DNA of 64,000 nucleotides from Octopus sinensis (taxonomy: Eukaryota). Under the pieces are notes generated by a model. That model had not been told where the DNA came from, made no database searches, and was given only the letters and a program-made list of their open reading frames with translations. The stretch is from NCBI RefSeq assembly GCF_006345805.1, contig NW_021833942.1, forward strand, positions 1-64,000. The letters are read 5' to 3'. The translations under genes were made by a program, and so were the position numbers. Positions 11,821 to 25,166 of this stretch are shown one piece after another (the first letter of the stretch is position 1; every line of letters starts with the position of its first letter).

Positions 11821-13257
11821 CCATTTAAACGAATACGAAGAGGACCTTTTTTCATTTTAAAAGAGTATTTTGATTTAACTAAAACTCATTTGCCCAACTT
11901 AAAATTGAAACAAATAAACAAATATAGAATGGACATTTGGTACTCGCACAAATGAATATAAACATTTAAGAATTAGTTTCTTTTATTATATTAGAAGCGT
12001 GATTTAGCTTCCATTTAAAAATAAAAGAGTAAGTTTTCTAATAATTATTCTCGCTGATAACACTCAATTTACATTTTCTAATGTCTACACCGTTTGTATC
12101 TTATGTACACATATTCCTGTTGGACGGTCGCCAGAGGCTGTTTGTATATACAATACAATTTCCCATGCACATCTATTTACTTATTTATTAATTTTGCCTT
12201 AAAATTTCTTATTTAATTACCAGTTTATTTCATAGATGTTTTCTCTACACATTATAAAAATTTAATCTTGACAACATCGTTATTTCTTTGAAAATTTAAT
12301 GTCCGTTTTAAATGTTATGTATTGCAGCTTGTTTGCCAAGCATTCAAATTTATATTATTCATTAAAGCGCTTTTTGCTTCCATTTTCTCGCATCCTGGGT
12401 AACACAATTACACAAAGACTATTGGCGACTGTGCAATTTATCGCAAAATATTTTTACAAAATTAGTTTGTATGTTGTACTGTGTTTAAAATATATCTTCC
12501 GTTTTCATCACATCGTTTAGTTGTCAATGTATTGGGCTACTATAAACATCCGCAACCATAGCCTCTCCTCGATCGCTAGATGAAGCTACATAACTGTAAA
12601 CATTTAACATTTAAAAAGCGAACGACGCTACTCTATGTGACTTTATTAAAATGCATTAAAATAATAGACTTCTATCAGTTATAAATATATAAATTGATAT
12701 CTGTTATAGGCCAGAAGAGGGTCAAATAAACCTCTTCTTGTACCTAATTATTCGGATAAGCCCGGTCAATTACTGGACTATGTCTGTTGTTACAAAACAA
12801 CACTTTTTCACAAATTTACAGAAAAACAAAATAGATGAAAAATGAATTTTGACAAATATAAAAATAAGATTGCACAAACATGATTTTCCTGGTATAATTA
12901 ATGAAATAAACCAACATATATTTTTAAAAATTGCCATAAGGGTTAGGGTTATAAAATAACAGAAGTTGGGTGTTCGAACGCAGCTTGTGCTAACAGCAAT
13001 GAATTTTGGGTTAGGTTTAAAATTCGCCATGTTAAGGAGGGTTGTGTCGTCACTCTTAGAGTTAAGGAGGATAAAGATGAATAAAAAAAATATGGTGAAA
13101 GCAAAATGATAGAGAATGTGTCTTTCAACAGAATTTTGTGATTTTATACTTCGGAATTATGAAAGAGACGAGGTTCTTGAGCTTATAGTTTGCTCTATTT
13201 TCAGCAGGTCTTTGATGTAGATAGGATCTGTCAAAATGAAATATTTGGTTTGTGTGA

Positions 13258-13626
13258 CGATGGATTCACTGAAGCTCCGGCGTCTGGCGACGGACTTGGT
13301 AAACACCCACAAAGTTATCAACCACCTCACCAACAACAACACTGAACACCTTTTTGATCTCCATGTGTCTAACACACGTGGACATGCCTACCAAGTCGAA
13401 AAACAACACAGCTCCCATGACTTTCGGAAACATTTTTTCACGCTCAGAGTTGCTGAAGCATGGAATAAGCTGCCTGCCTCAGTTGTTGACTGCCATGACA
13501 CTGCATCCTTTAAGGCCCTCATGCTTTCCGAAATCCGCCGAAACTACACCTGATTATATATGCACTTTAGATGAGTTGTAGTGCACCTGAGCACTGTACA
13601 CAATTATTATTATTATTATTATTATT
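13258..13626 (+). mobile_element. 5'-truncated CR1-clade LINE 3' end with (ATT)n tail
   Basis: Translation DSLKLRRLATDL..HK....TRGHAYQ..K....DFRKHFFTLRV.EAWNKLP.SVV...DTASFK matches the CR1 ORF2 C-terminus. Confidence 0.85.
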
Positions 13627-13728
13627 TGCATGTAGACAGTTGAATAGGAGTGACTTGTAGTATAAACGACTTTGATGGCGTTAGAGAAGAGAGCAAGTAG
13701 AAGGTTAACGTACTAAACAAATGTGTGG

Positions 13729-14110
13729 TGGAAGCACTCCGTCGGTTACGACGATGAGGGTTCCGGTTGATCCGATCAACGGAACAGCCTGCTCGGGGAA
13801 TTAACGTGTAAGTGGCTGAGCACTCCACAGATACGTGTACCCTTAACGTAGTTTCTTGGGATATTCAGCGTGACACAGAGAGTGACAAGGCCGGCCCTTG
13901 AAATACAGGTACAACAGAAACAGGAAGGTAAGAGTGAGAGAAGTTGTGGTGAATGAGTACAGCAGGATCACCACCATCCCCTGCCGGAGCCTCGTGGAGC
14001 TTTAGGGTGTTTTTTCGCTCAATAAACACTCACAACGCCCGGTCAGGGAATCGAAACCGCGATCCTACGATCGCGAGTCCGCTGCCCTAACCACTGGGCC
14101 ATTGCACCTT
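13729..14110 (-). mobile_element. SINE family R, full length
   Basis: Reverse complement of the 11437 copy; TSD CTAAACAAATGT at 13713-13724 and 14111-14122. Confidence 0.92.
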
Positions 14111-14329
14111 CTAAACAAATGTAACTAAACTAACAGCAACATTACGCCGTCATACTATAAATGGAGTAGCTTACAGCAGCAGCTGGGTGTTTGTCATTTA
14201 TTTCCACCAATGTGTAGGACGTCGATTACACCTACGTTTGGAGAGCGACCGCTGCTGCTACATAAACGCTGGAGCGTTGGAGTAGATTAACGGATCCTAC
14301 ATAACTGGACTTTCCTTAGACTGTTCTTT

Positions 14330-14365
14330 TCTTCTGAAGATGGACCTTTAAGCTCGAAACATACA
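14330..14365 (+). ncRNA. Degenerate Penelope-type hammerhead-like motif
   Basis: CTGAAGA-TGGACCTTTAAGCTC-GAAAC; stems poorly paired. Confidence 0.3.
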
Positions 14366-14644
14366 GATTTTTATTAAACTTACCGCATTGTTAGAAGTCG
14401 TCTATTTTCTTTCTATTTTACATTCTTCAATAACATTAAGAATGTTAAATGCGTACATTGGTTTTCAAAAGGTAAGATAACCTATTTCTGCGTGCAAAGC
14501 TTATGTAGATTTCAAGAGACAGCTTTTAGTGATGGCATAATTTACATATCTTTAACGGTCAAATATGTCTAACTTTTGAACATTCCTAGGATGTAAAGAA
14601 AAGAAATAATGTATTCTCACAACATATAGCAAGGGAAGTGTCAT

Positions 14645-14786
14645 GCTGAATATCCCCGAGAACTACGTTAAGGGTACACGTGTCTGTGGAGTGCTCAGCC
14701 ACTTACACGTTAATTTCACGAGCAGGCTGTTCCGTTGATTCGGATCAACCGGAACCCTCGTCGTCGTAAGCGACGGAGTGCTTCCA
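14645..14786 (+). mobile_element. SINE family R, 3' fragment
   Basis: GCTGAATATCCCCGAGAACTACG...GGAGTGCTTCCA. Confidence 0.85.
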
Positions 14787-15159
14787 GCAGGGGAAGTAAT
14801 TATTTTTGACAGGACCGAAATGAAACGCTAAACGAAAATTATAATGTTTGTTTAGCGTTTTAAAAATTGTAATGAATGAGTTTAGAAGTGAAAGGAAGGA
14901 ACGATTAGATATTGCCAAAGACGACAAAAGGCAAGAATGCTTCTATGTATGTTATTGAAAATTATATATAATTAAATAGATGTCTTCATCAGATTCACGT
15001 ACACCTTAATATCGATCATTTACGATAAACACCGAACTGTTCAAATGATAATGTAGTTAAAGGGATGTTTTTGTATTCAACTCTGAGGAATATTAATTTA
15101 ATGAGTTTCTTTTAAGGTGTTGTTGTTACATGATTGCTATGCACGTATGTCCATATATT

Positions 15160-15400
15160 TACACATACACACACACACACACACATACACCCCACCCCCA
15201 CACACATATACATACATACACACACATACACATATACATACACACACACATACATACACACACATACATACATACACACACATACACATATACATACACA
15301 CATACACACACATACATACACACACACACACATACACACATACAGACACATACATACACACACACACACATACACACACACACACACGCATTTACACGCA
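15160..15400. repeat. (CA)n/(TACA)n microsatellite
   Basis: Direct reading. Confidence 0.9.
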
Positions 15401-16135
15401 TTCACATAGACATATGCGTATATACAAAAACCACAGACATATATCCACATATATATTAATGTATACATCGATAAAATAGTGTTTTTTTAACGTAGAAATA
15501 GTTTGCATAAACATCTATTGGAGTTATAACAATAAAAACACCTCACAGTTATAAGTATAAGTTTCACAATGAAGACTTTTAAATAAAAGGAGACTACAAC
15601 GGTTAATGTCAGAAGATAATCATAACAACGTCGATAGGGTAGAGGTCGTGTACACGGGTGCTAATGTAATAGAGTGGAAAATAAAGGAATGTTAGAGGTT
15701 AAACATTATAACAGAACCATGTGGTGAGGCAGTATGTATTATAATGGTCTAATTATTATCTATTATGTTATTACTGTGTACGTAATGTTATTATGTGTCT
15801 GTTATGTTGTTACAATGTAACAATGTATAATAAAAATTAGAGACAATAAAATGAAGTGTATACAAACGATCGTATGGTGTTTTAAGGTTAAAATCACCAG
15901 GAATGTAGGAAGGCTTTTGTGAGGCACCAATATAGCCTGGTATTATACAAATTAGCAAAAGAGCTTATTCAGGATAGGGAGTTAATTTGTGGTGTTAGGT
16001 TCAAAGTTAGGTACATCTAACGCATTAGGTATGTAAAATATTTCCCTGTAGGTATGTGGTAGATATGTGTATTTATGGCTTGTCTTGTAGACGAATGTAT
16101 GTGTAAAATTTATGCAGTATATACTTTATTAGTTG

Positions 16136-16420
16136 CTAAGAGAAAAAGGAAGATCCCGTGGTTCTTAGGGGCTGTCCCAGACTGGAGAGACTGACCTCGT
16201 TAAGTTGCCGTTTAATATATCGAAGGTTCAAACCTGAAGTTAAGAAGTGAGCGAAGAAGCGATTCCAATGATGCGAGGTTCTGATGGGAGAAGGATTTAG
16301 GGTGGCAGTGCTGGGAAAGGTGGACTCGATGCAACTAGTGGATCCGAGTAATAGAGGAACTCGTTTAAGGGATGACCGAGTAGGGGAAATACGAGAACAG
16401 CCAATTAAAAAGAAGAGCAA
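16136..16420 (-). mobile_element. Possible Penelope-like RT C-terminal remnant
   Basis: HHWNRFFAHFLTSGLNLRYIKRQLNE loosely resembles PLE thumb motif L..hFl.RGY....I..q; weak. Confidence 0.2.
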
Positions 16421-17032
16421 AGGTCATTATACTGGCAATAGAAAAGATCTAATTATGTGAACTTATGCAATGTGTATATATTTATATAACCAAGACACGT
16501 CTCTAACCACATCTTTTATTTCCTTCTTTTATATTTATTAATAATTAATCAATTAGCATAAGCTCATTAACTATAACCTTTCTCTTGTGTCCCATGTCGG
16601 ATCTTTAAAAATTTCAATGACTTCCCTCGGGGCATGTTCTGTGTTGTCCGGTGTTGCTTTAACTCCTAGAAATTTTCCGATGTTATTAAATATTTAACTG
16701 TTGTAAATATATGCATAGTACCATAACAGTGAAATTACAATACACATACACACGCGCGCGCACACGTGTATATATATTTACTATATTTTTAATACTAACA
16801 TAGATCAAAGATATTAAAATGGTATAGATAATTCACTCTTAAAAATATGCAACATAAACTATCACAAGATCTCAAAATAGTTACGCAATAGGCGTGACTG
16901 TATACTAAGAGTTTCCTTCACAACAACATTGTTCTGGGTCCAGTCTCATTGCGTGACAAAATGGGCTCATGTCTTATACTATCACCTCCAACCGACCAAA
17001 GCTTTCTGAGTAGATTTTGTAGACAAAAACCA

Positions 17033-17068
<36 letters not shown>

Positions 17069-17253
17069 GGAAAGTTTACGAAAATAAACAAAAGACGAAG
17101 ACAGGTGGTGTACAAAACAAACAGATGTATTAGTATAAAGCTCAGGAATAGAAAATGTCTTTTATGTTTCGAACCTACGCTCTTCTACAGAAAGGGACAC
17201 AGAAAAAAACAAGGAGAGAAACAAGGAGAGAAAAAATGTGTGTAGTGGCTAAC

Positions 17254-17254
<1 letters not shown>

Positions 17255-17302
<48 letters not shown>

Positions 17303-17422
17303 ATATATATATATATATATATACAATGTATATATGTATATATATATGTATAATATATATACGTATATAATATATATTATATAATATGTATACATATATA
17401 TACATTGTATATATATACAATG

Positions 17423-17453
<31 letters not shown>

Positions 17454-17539
17454 TATACATATACATATACATATATACATATATATGTATATGTTTAGGT
17501 ATATGTATATGTATATATATTATATATATATATATATAC

Positions 17540-17589
<50 letters not shown>

Positions 17590-17590
17590 G
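17255..17590. repeat. (CT)n followed by (TA)n/(TACA)n
   Basis: Direct reading. Confidence 0.9.
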
Positions 17591-18266
17591 TCCTTATGTA
17601 TATATGCGACCGATACAATAAGAACTGTGGTCGATTCGTTCGACTAACATCCTTCAAGATGGTGACCCAGCATGGTCACAGTCTATTGACTGAAACAAGT
17701 AAATGATAGAAGTCAAAACTATAGTTAATAATACCTGAAATCCGATCGTTTCAGCATTAAACGTTGTCAGGGCTAATATAAACTCATCTATTTCTCGATA
17801 TAAATATTCATTCATTGATTGTTTATATAATTAGATACATGTTAAATATTTTGTCCGATACTTTCACAAATTAGTTCATTTGGTTCATAGTTATGCATCG
17901 ATTGACTTAATTTAAATTTCAAATAAATTTTAGTGTTTTAGCATTTATGTCTTTACTGAATTATATAAACAAACCATATTTTGCCCCTGTATTTTCCTCC
18001 TGCAGCCCTGTGTATTTTAACAAGTTTCCCGGCTGTTTGTTTTACATTCTGTCGCTCAGATCGTCTCATTAATGAAAACTCAAACACTATTCATCGATCC
18101 ATCAATAGCATTCCACTCACCATTAACCCACACATCGCAATCCAGTTTTGGAATTTTTCCTTTCTGATGAATGATTCCTTTTTTTCTGTTCTTATTTGTT
18201 CTCTTTAAGTATTTTGACGATCAAAATCGTAACAACCCAGTGAGATTTACACGCACACACATGCAG

Positions 18267-18332
<66 letters not shown>

Positions 18333-18470
18333 AAAGGCACGCACAGACACAAATCACTTGCTTACATTAACAAATGGGGAATGAGGGAGAAGCGGTCCGT
18401 AATATTGGGAAAGGAAAAGCCAGAGCGTAACGAACTGGAGAGGACTGAGCAACGGTATATATATATATAT

Positions 18471-18806
18471 AGGCGCGTGGCTCAGTGGTTAGAGCGTCGA
18501 GCTTACGATCGTGAGGTTATGAGCTCGAATCCCGGACCGGGATGCGTGTTGTGTTCTTGAGCAAGGCACTTTATTTCACGTTGCTCCAGTTCACTCAGCT
18601 GTAGAAATGAGTTGCGACGTCACAGGTGCCAAGCTGTATCGACCTTTGTCTTTCCCTTGGATAAACATCGGTGGCGTGGAGAGGGGAGGCCGGTATGCAT
18701 GGGTGACTGCTGGTCTTCCATGAAACAACCGTGCCCAGACTTGTGCCTCAGAGAGTAACTCTCTAGGTGCAAACCCATGGTCAGTGTCTGACCGAAGGGG
18801 GTCACT
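18471..18806 (+). mobile_element. tRNA-headed SINE family D with CORE-like segment, embedded in (TA)n
   Basis: A box TGGCTCAGTGG, B-box-like GCTCGAATCC, then TTGAGCAAGGCACTTTATTTC..CTCAGCTGTAGAAATG; decayed relatives near 8250-8420 and 33530-33650. Confidence 0.75.
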
Positions 18807-18924
18807 ACTATATATATATATATATATACCGTTTCAGGAATGTTCCAGGAATTCAACAATTACTACTACCATCCACAGCAAGCGATTGACCATTTAACAT
18901 ACTACTGACATGCGACTCCCACAT

Positions 18925-18925
18925 A

Positions 18926-18959
<34 letters not shown>

Positions 18960-19125
18960 TTCATCTTCTTCATCTTCTTCATCTTCTTCTTCATCTTCTT
19001 CTTCTTCAGCTTCTTCTTCCTTCTTCTTCTTCTTCTTCTTCTTCTTCTTCTTCTTCTTCTTCTCTTCTTCTTCTCTTCTTCTTCTTCTTCTTCTTTTTTT
19101 CTTCTTCTTCGTTTCTTCTTCTTCT
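18925..19125. repeat. (CTT)n microsatellite
   Basis: Direct reading. Confidence 0.95.
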
Positions 19126-19401
19126 TCCCTACCAAGAATTCACAACGATCTCGAACCCACAGGAGTAAACAAGAGAGACAGAGACAAGTAGGAGCATGGA
19201 AAATTCCACCTGTATTTGAACACTATGCATATATTCTTTTAAAACACTTTTCTTTAAATTTTTTCAAAAATTTAATTGCTTTCCATACTTACAGTTGAAA
19301 AAAGTCTCAATGACTGAAACCGGTATTGAAATGTTTTTACAAAATTATGTTAGCACTTTCTATCTTGACTTTTTTTCCATATATATATATATATATATAA
19401 T

Positions 19402-20400
19402 CAAAATTGCGGTGAATATATTGTCTAAATTTCGCAAAAGTGGTAATAACACTGACACTCCATTTTTACAGATATATTTACCAATATTACATAAAGATAT
19501 CTTCAAATACTAGAGACTAAATTTATTCAATAAAATCGCCATTGCCTTCAACCACAGCTTCCAGACGAATTCAGAATCTCCTGCAATTGTTCTGGACGGT
19601 CTCCTTGTTTAAGTTCGACTTTGGTGTTACAAGGTATTTTGTTGGTCTGTCACTCAACTGCACCCCGCACATTATAATCAAGGGAATTGCAGTCTGGGGA
19701 ATTGGTGGCAAGATGTTAGGGGTGATGTGGTGACAGAAAATGTCTGACAGTCATGACTGTGTTCTAATACTGTGGCATGGTACAGAGGCCTTTTGTCTGA
19801 CATAGGGCCTTCCAACAGCCACTTTCATGATCCAGGGTTGCATTAACTCATCCAGGCACTTGATGTAAGCCTTCCTGTTGAGTCTAAGGCCAGGTGAGAA
19901 GATGAATGGAGCCATGGAAGCACTCCGTCGGTTACGACGATGAGGGTTCCGGTTGATCCGAATCAACGGAACAGCCTGCTCGTGAAATTAACGTGTAAGT
20001 GGCTGAGCACTCCACAGACACGTGTACCCTTAACGTAGTTCTCGGGGATATTCAGGCGTGAAACGAGAGTGACAAGGCCGGCCCTTTGAAATACAGGTAC
20101 AACAGAAACAGGAAGTAAGAGTGAGAGAAAGTTGTGGTGAAAGAGTACAGCAGGGATCACCACCACCCCCTGCCGGAGCTTCGTGGAGCTTTAGGTGTTT
20201 TCGCTCAATAAACACTCACAACGCCCGGTCTGGGAATCGAAACCGCGATCCTATGACCGCGAGTCCGCTGTCCTAACCACTGGGCCATTGCGCCTCCACG
20301 AATGGAGCCATAACGTCACCATCACTAAGGGTCACTTCAAACACTATAATGTTTACTGGATGTTTGATTTTTTATTACACTTGGTACATTTCATCTGATT
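19402..20400 (-). mobile_element. Decayed mariner (maT/DD37D-like) transposase 3' half, split by a SINE
   Basis: KIKHPVNIIVFEVTLSDGDVMAPF / IFSPGLRLNRKAYIKCLDELMQPWIMKVAVGRPYVRQKASVPCHS..HITPNILPP..LEAVVEGNGDFIE*; degenerate TIR near 19402-19435. Confidence 0.85.
19916..20299 (-). mobile_element. SINE family R inserted into the mariner ORF
   Basis: TSD GAATGGAGCCAT at 19904-19915 and 20300-20311. Confidence 0.93.
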
Positions 20401-20469
20401 GCACAGTTCTCAGATCGACACAGACACTCTGAAATGTTCATATTGCAGCTTCCGATGCGAATGCCAATC

Positions 20470-20690
20470 TGTGTGTGTGTGTGTGTGTGTGTGTGAATAT
20501 GTTTGTATGTCTGTGTTTTGGTCCCGCCACTATCGCCTGACAACCGATGTTGGTGTGTATACGTCCCTGTAACCAAGCTGTTCGGCAAAACAAACCGATA
20601 GAATAAGTACTAGGTTCACAAGGAATATCTTCAGGTCGATTTACTCTACTAAACGTGATGCTCCAACATGAACGCAGTACTGACTAAAAC
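20470..20690 (+). mobile_element. Diverged SINE family A 3' part
   Basis: GACAACCGATGTTGGTGTG..TTCGGCAAAA..CCGATAGAATAAGTAC. Confidence 0.65.
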
Positions 20691-20696
20691 CAATAA

Positions 20697-20763
<67 letters not shown>

Positions 20764-20813
20764 AATAATAATAATAATAATAATAATAAAATATAATGAT
20801 AATAATAATAATA

Positions 20814-20847
<34 letters not shown>

Positions 20848-20861
20848 AATATAATAATAAT

Positions 20862-21000
20862 ATTAGGGAATAAATCCAAACTTACAGGGAAAATTAGATT
20901 TAGGATTAAATCCAATTTTAAATAATATATATTATATTATATTATATTAAATTAGAGATAAAACCACTATTAGGCAAATCAAAGAGTGAAAAACATAAGC
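20862..21000 (+). mobile_element. (TA)n-flanked AT-rich element, same family as 35095-35320
   Basis: TAGGGAATAAATCCAAA.TTACAGGGAAAA..AGATTTAGGATTAAATCCAATTTTA...AATTAGAGA.AAAACCACTATT shared in opposite orientation. Confidence 0.65.
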
Positions 21001-21249
21001 CAATACATAAATTAATTTAAAATATAAAAGTTAGAAATTAAAAAAATTATTTAAATAATTTAAACTTATAAATTTTAAAATATATATCATGAAATATATA
21101 TATATATATATATATATAATATGTGTATATTTTAAATTTCTATATATTATTTTTTTTATTAATTAATTAATTTATTCATTAATCTTTATTTTTATTTTAT
21201 ATAATTTTTTATATATAAATATCAAAAGTATTAAAAGTTTAATAAAAGA

Positions 21250-21295
<46 letters not shown>

Positions 21296-22483
21296 TATAG
21301 ATATATATACACACACACGTATATACACATTCATTTACACATATGTATATATATTATACATCTATATATATGTATATATGTGTGTATATATTTGAGTTGT
21401 AACTATGAACCTGTAAATCGTAATAACGAAACAGAGAACGAAGAGTACAATGCCAGAAGGAATGAGAGAAATATGCAATGAAATGTTAATTAATACCTCC
21501 TCCTCCTCCTCCTCCTCCTCTTCCTCTTCCTCCTCCTCTTCCCTTGTCTTCGTCACCCGCCTCTTCCTCCGCCTTTTTTCAGAAAATGTATCAAATCCTG
21601 AATAGGAGTTGCTGGAGGAGTGGTGAGAGAAGGAGATGCCGAGTGAGTAGGATGGAAGAAAGAATGGAAATATAAGTTGGATGGAAGGAAAAAAAGAATC
21701 AACGGAAGATGTATGTAAGGAGGAAAGAATGAGAGATCTCTTTTCAAAAATATGCTCACCATTGATAGAATATAACTGGCCGAATAAAATCAATACAATC
21801 ACGTTAAAGAGTCCTGGCTTATTCAAGATGGCGGCAGACAATGTAATATTGGAATTTCCCAATATTGTGAAAATCGGATTGTAGCATGGCATTAAGAAAA
21901 AAGGACAACATGAAAAATGAAGAATGGAAATGAAAAAAAAACAACAAAAAAACAAAACAAACAAACAACAAAAGATTATTTTTGAGCATAGACTTTTGAT
22001 GTTATATACTAAATCTGTGATAAATTTTTCGCAAACCGTAACAAATAAAACCATGTAAAATATATAGATTAACCATTTCCTATTCGTTAATAGTAATGAA
22101 AATACGAAGCAAAATTACAGAAGATCAAAATAGAAAAAAAAAAACAACCCCAAATGCTTCTACAGCAACGGCTATTATTACAATAATGCATATTTCTTAT
22201 ATTGTCTGATATATAGTTGTAATGATTATGATTTATAATGTTAGCACAAGAACATATATTTTTGAGACAGAGACAGAGAGTATAATCGATTAGATCGACC
22301 CCATGTACCTGCAGAGTCATATTTTATTCATGCTATAATGTAATACAGAAATTAAATATTTTATTCACCCAAGCAGGATGAAAGGAAATGTTATACTTCA
22401 GTGTTATTTGAACTAAAAATGCAAAGACATGTAATTAAACACTCAGCGGATTTTTTTTTGAGCGCCCATGTACATAGTCGGTC

Positions 22484-22545
<62 letters not shown>

Positions 22546-22727
22546 GGACTTACAAACACATATAACATACAGAAAATTGCACTACTAGGCACTGCACACA
22601 TCCTACGCAGAACACTTTCCATACAATAACCATCAGAGCATCACAACAAATCACAGCACATACCCAAGGCACACAGAGCTGCGCTCGGTAGTGAAGTGAA
22701 AGCACGCTATAAAAATAAAACTACTGA
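22546..22727 (+). mobile_element. R4/Dong-clade non-LTR 3' end (family 1) inside (TAA)n
   Basis: GLTNTYNIQKIALLGTAHILRRTLSIQ* plus 3' UTR ending AAAATAAAACTACTGA; (AAT)n on both sides. Confidence 0.85.
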
Positions 22728-22745
22728 ATAATAATAATAATAATA

Positions 22746-23070
22746 ATTTCATGGCTTTTGATCTTAACTGATTGGAAGTGTTATCATGTACATTGTTTTG
22801 TCTTAGTATAAAAGGTGGCCTACGGCAAATATTCTGCTCAATACCACAGATTTGCTTGTCACTCGCTTGACCTTAACCAGTTGAGCAGCTCCTTTGGTGG
22901 CTAACGATATGTGCGTCCCTGATCATGAGCAGAAATAGTGGGGGAGCATCATAGCCATGTGTTGAGATGAATTCTTTGGGGGTTTGAATGATTCAACTTT
23001 GAAACACGTGGGTGTTTTGTGCAACATCCCTAAACAACCCTTATTCAAGGATCATTTGAGCGGGATGGGC
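22746..23070 (-). mobile_element. SINE family C (decayed)
   Basis: ~325-bp non-coding element with TGCTCCCCCACTATTTCTGCTCATGATCAG core on the minus strand; family assignment from recall only, single copy here. Confidence 0.55.
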
Positions 23071-23077
23071 TATTTGT

Positions 23078-23265
23078 CTAGAAGAAAGGGTGGGAGAGGT
23101 TTGATTAGTTGCCAGGACTGTAGTGAAGCAGAGGAAAACAACTTAGAGTGGTATACAAAAAAAGAAGAAGCCGTGGAACCATTGTTGAAACATACGAAGA
23201 AGGCCGGCGTTATCAAAACTGAAAATTGTATAATGAAAGAAAAATTTAAACAAGAAATGTATACA
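23078..23265 (+). mobile_element. R4-clade ORF fragment (post-RT region)
   Basis: RRKGGRGLISCQDCSEAEENNLEWY..EPLLK matches YLPRxxGGRGL..E.N.L..Y. Confidence 0.7.
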
Positions 23266-23315
23266 TTATTATAATTATAATTATTGTTTTTTGTTGTTGT
23301 TGTTGTTGTTTTTCT

Positions 23316-23387
23316 GGTCACAGCCAGGAATCGAACTCGGAATGTTGGGGTTAGTAGCCCGCGCTCTTAACCATTACGCCATATGCC
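23316..23387 (-). mobile_element. Short tRNA-derived SINE / pseudo-tRNA with (AAC)n tail
   Basis: GGCATATGGCGTAATGGTTAAGAGCGCGGGCTACTAACCCCAACATTCCGAGTTCGATTCCTGG; A and B boxes present, anticodon stem imperfect. Confidence 0.6.
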
Positions 23388-23389
23388 AT

Positions 23390-23503
23390 AGGATGAAAGG
23401 CAAAGTCGACCTCGGCGGAATTTGAACTTAGAACGTAGTGACAGACGAAATGCCGCTATGCATTTCGCTTAGCGTGCGAACGATTCTGCCAGCTCGCCGC
23501 CCT
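23390..23503 (-). mobile_element. SINE family B, 5' part
   Basis: GGCGGCGAGCTGGCAGAATCGTT...GTTCAAATTCCGCCGAGGTCGACTTTGCCTTTCATCC. Confidence 0.85.
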
Positions 23504-23517
23504 AAACATTAATAATG

Positions 23518-23595
<78 letters not shown>

Positions 23596-23924
23596 TTAAC
23601 CATGTATTATGGCTAACAGAGCGACACATAAGGCAAAATTATATGAGCAAGTTGCAAAATTGGGGAAGATTAGGCCAACTTTGAAAAAACAGGCATAAAA
23701 GTCAATAATAGAAGCATGTATGGCAAGAAATATCTCAACAGGAGAAAAAAAGAGGGAAACCAATCATGGTTTCCAGATGTTCCTTATTTCCAATGGTAAT
23801 TTATCTCCCTCAGATCTTTTTTTTTTCCGATTCATTGGCGCATGGTGAAGCTCTGCATATTCACCGTCCTGATCCAGAGGTTAGCTGTTTTATGCGAGGG
23901 CATTATATCCTTCTGTACACTCAC

Positions 23925-23965
23925 CTTGTTCTCCAACTGGAACTTGAATAACTCGAGAGATTAAC
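23925..23965 (-). CDS. Candidate 41-nt internal exon (LISRVIQVPVGEQ)
   Basis: ACATTTTCCTGTTAG acceptor, AAG/GTGAGT donor. Confidence 0.3.
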
Positions 23966-24554
23966 CTAACAGGAAAATGTCTATCCACAACATTAAAAAA
24001 AAAATGTCCATTATGTAATCATTTTCACCACCAACGTATTTTCAAAAGCTATTTACTAGTAAAATGCTTCTGTCAAATGACTGCCATTTTTCTTTAAGGT
24101 TACTGACTACATTTGTTAAAACGCTATTTAGCATTAAAGGACGAACGGTTAAAGGCCATTTCCTACTTTTGTTAAATGTTATTTACAAGTAAAACATCGC
24201 TTTCGAATTAGACTTTAATTTTCTGTTTATACATTTTTATATTTGTCTGCTACACCTTATGTGTACATGCTTGTCTGTGTGTGTTTGCTGAAGTCTCTTC
24301 ACAAACCAGTATAAATAGCTAAGTGCTTATACGAAGTTACGCTGTTTGCTCGGTGATTTACTTTTGTTTTGTAAATGCGTAAACCGTGTTTGGCGGTAAA
24401 TACTATATATAATATGAACAGTCACAAGTGTCACGACACACACACATACGTGCAGACGACATGAGCATCATTGTCAATGATAATATTTAATAACTATTAC
24501 ATACAAACAGACTACTGTTGTCATATAGTCACCATTGAAGGTGTTTGATAATAT

Positions 24555-24760
24555 GCTGCAAATGGCCGCAGCTTGAAAGTGAAGTTAGTCAAATAGTATA
24601 GCAGAGATAGTAAAATACTTCATTATGTTGGGAAAACATGAGAATTGACATTAAAAGCAATGGAGAGTTATCATGCAAATAATTCGAAAGTCCATAGAGG
24701 GGCTACAACAGAAGAATAATTTTCCTTTCTGTAACGACTTGGAAATACATGAAAGCTAAA
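24555..24760 (+). mobile_element. Possible pogo/Tigger-like CENP-B HTH remnant
   Basis: CKWPQLESEVSQ.V..QR resembles KWPELE.EL..WI.EQR; multiple stops. Confidence 0.25.
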
Positions 24761-25166
24761 CATTAAGCGCAAAATAATTGCTGCATCAAAATAGCTATAA
24801 TCTTATCTGTGACGTAACTGCATTTGCTTTGGTAGCCATAAAGAATGCTTTTGTATTATTGCATTGAACATAATGTAGCTAGGTTCTATACAATCGTCAT
24901 ACGTAATGAGTCTACCAGAAATGTTCAAATAAATATACGATTAACTAAGCGGAAAATTTACAGTGTGTTTATATATTATACACTCAGTGTATAATATATA
25001 GAAAAACAATATTGTATGCTAAATACTGTCCCAGTAGCAAATACTATTTGAACAAGATGTCCCCCAAGTCCTTTGCTAGCGAGAGGAAAATGTAATAAAC
25101 AACTCATTTTTACAAGTTGATGCTATTTTATTAATCATAAAGTTCTCTTATAACCACAACAATAAT

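Noticed and set aside
12939-12951. Telomeric TTAGGG repeats
   Set aside because: Only two units
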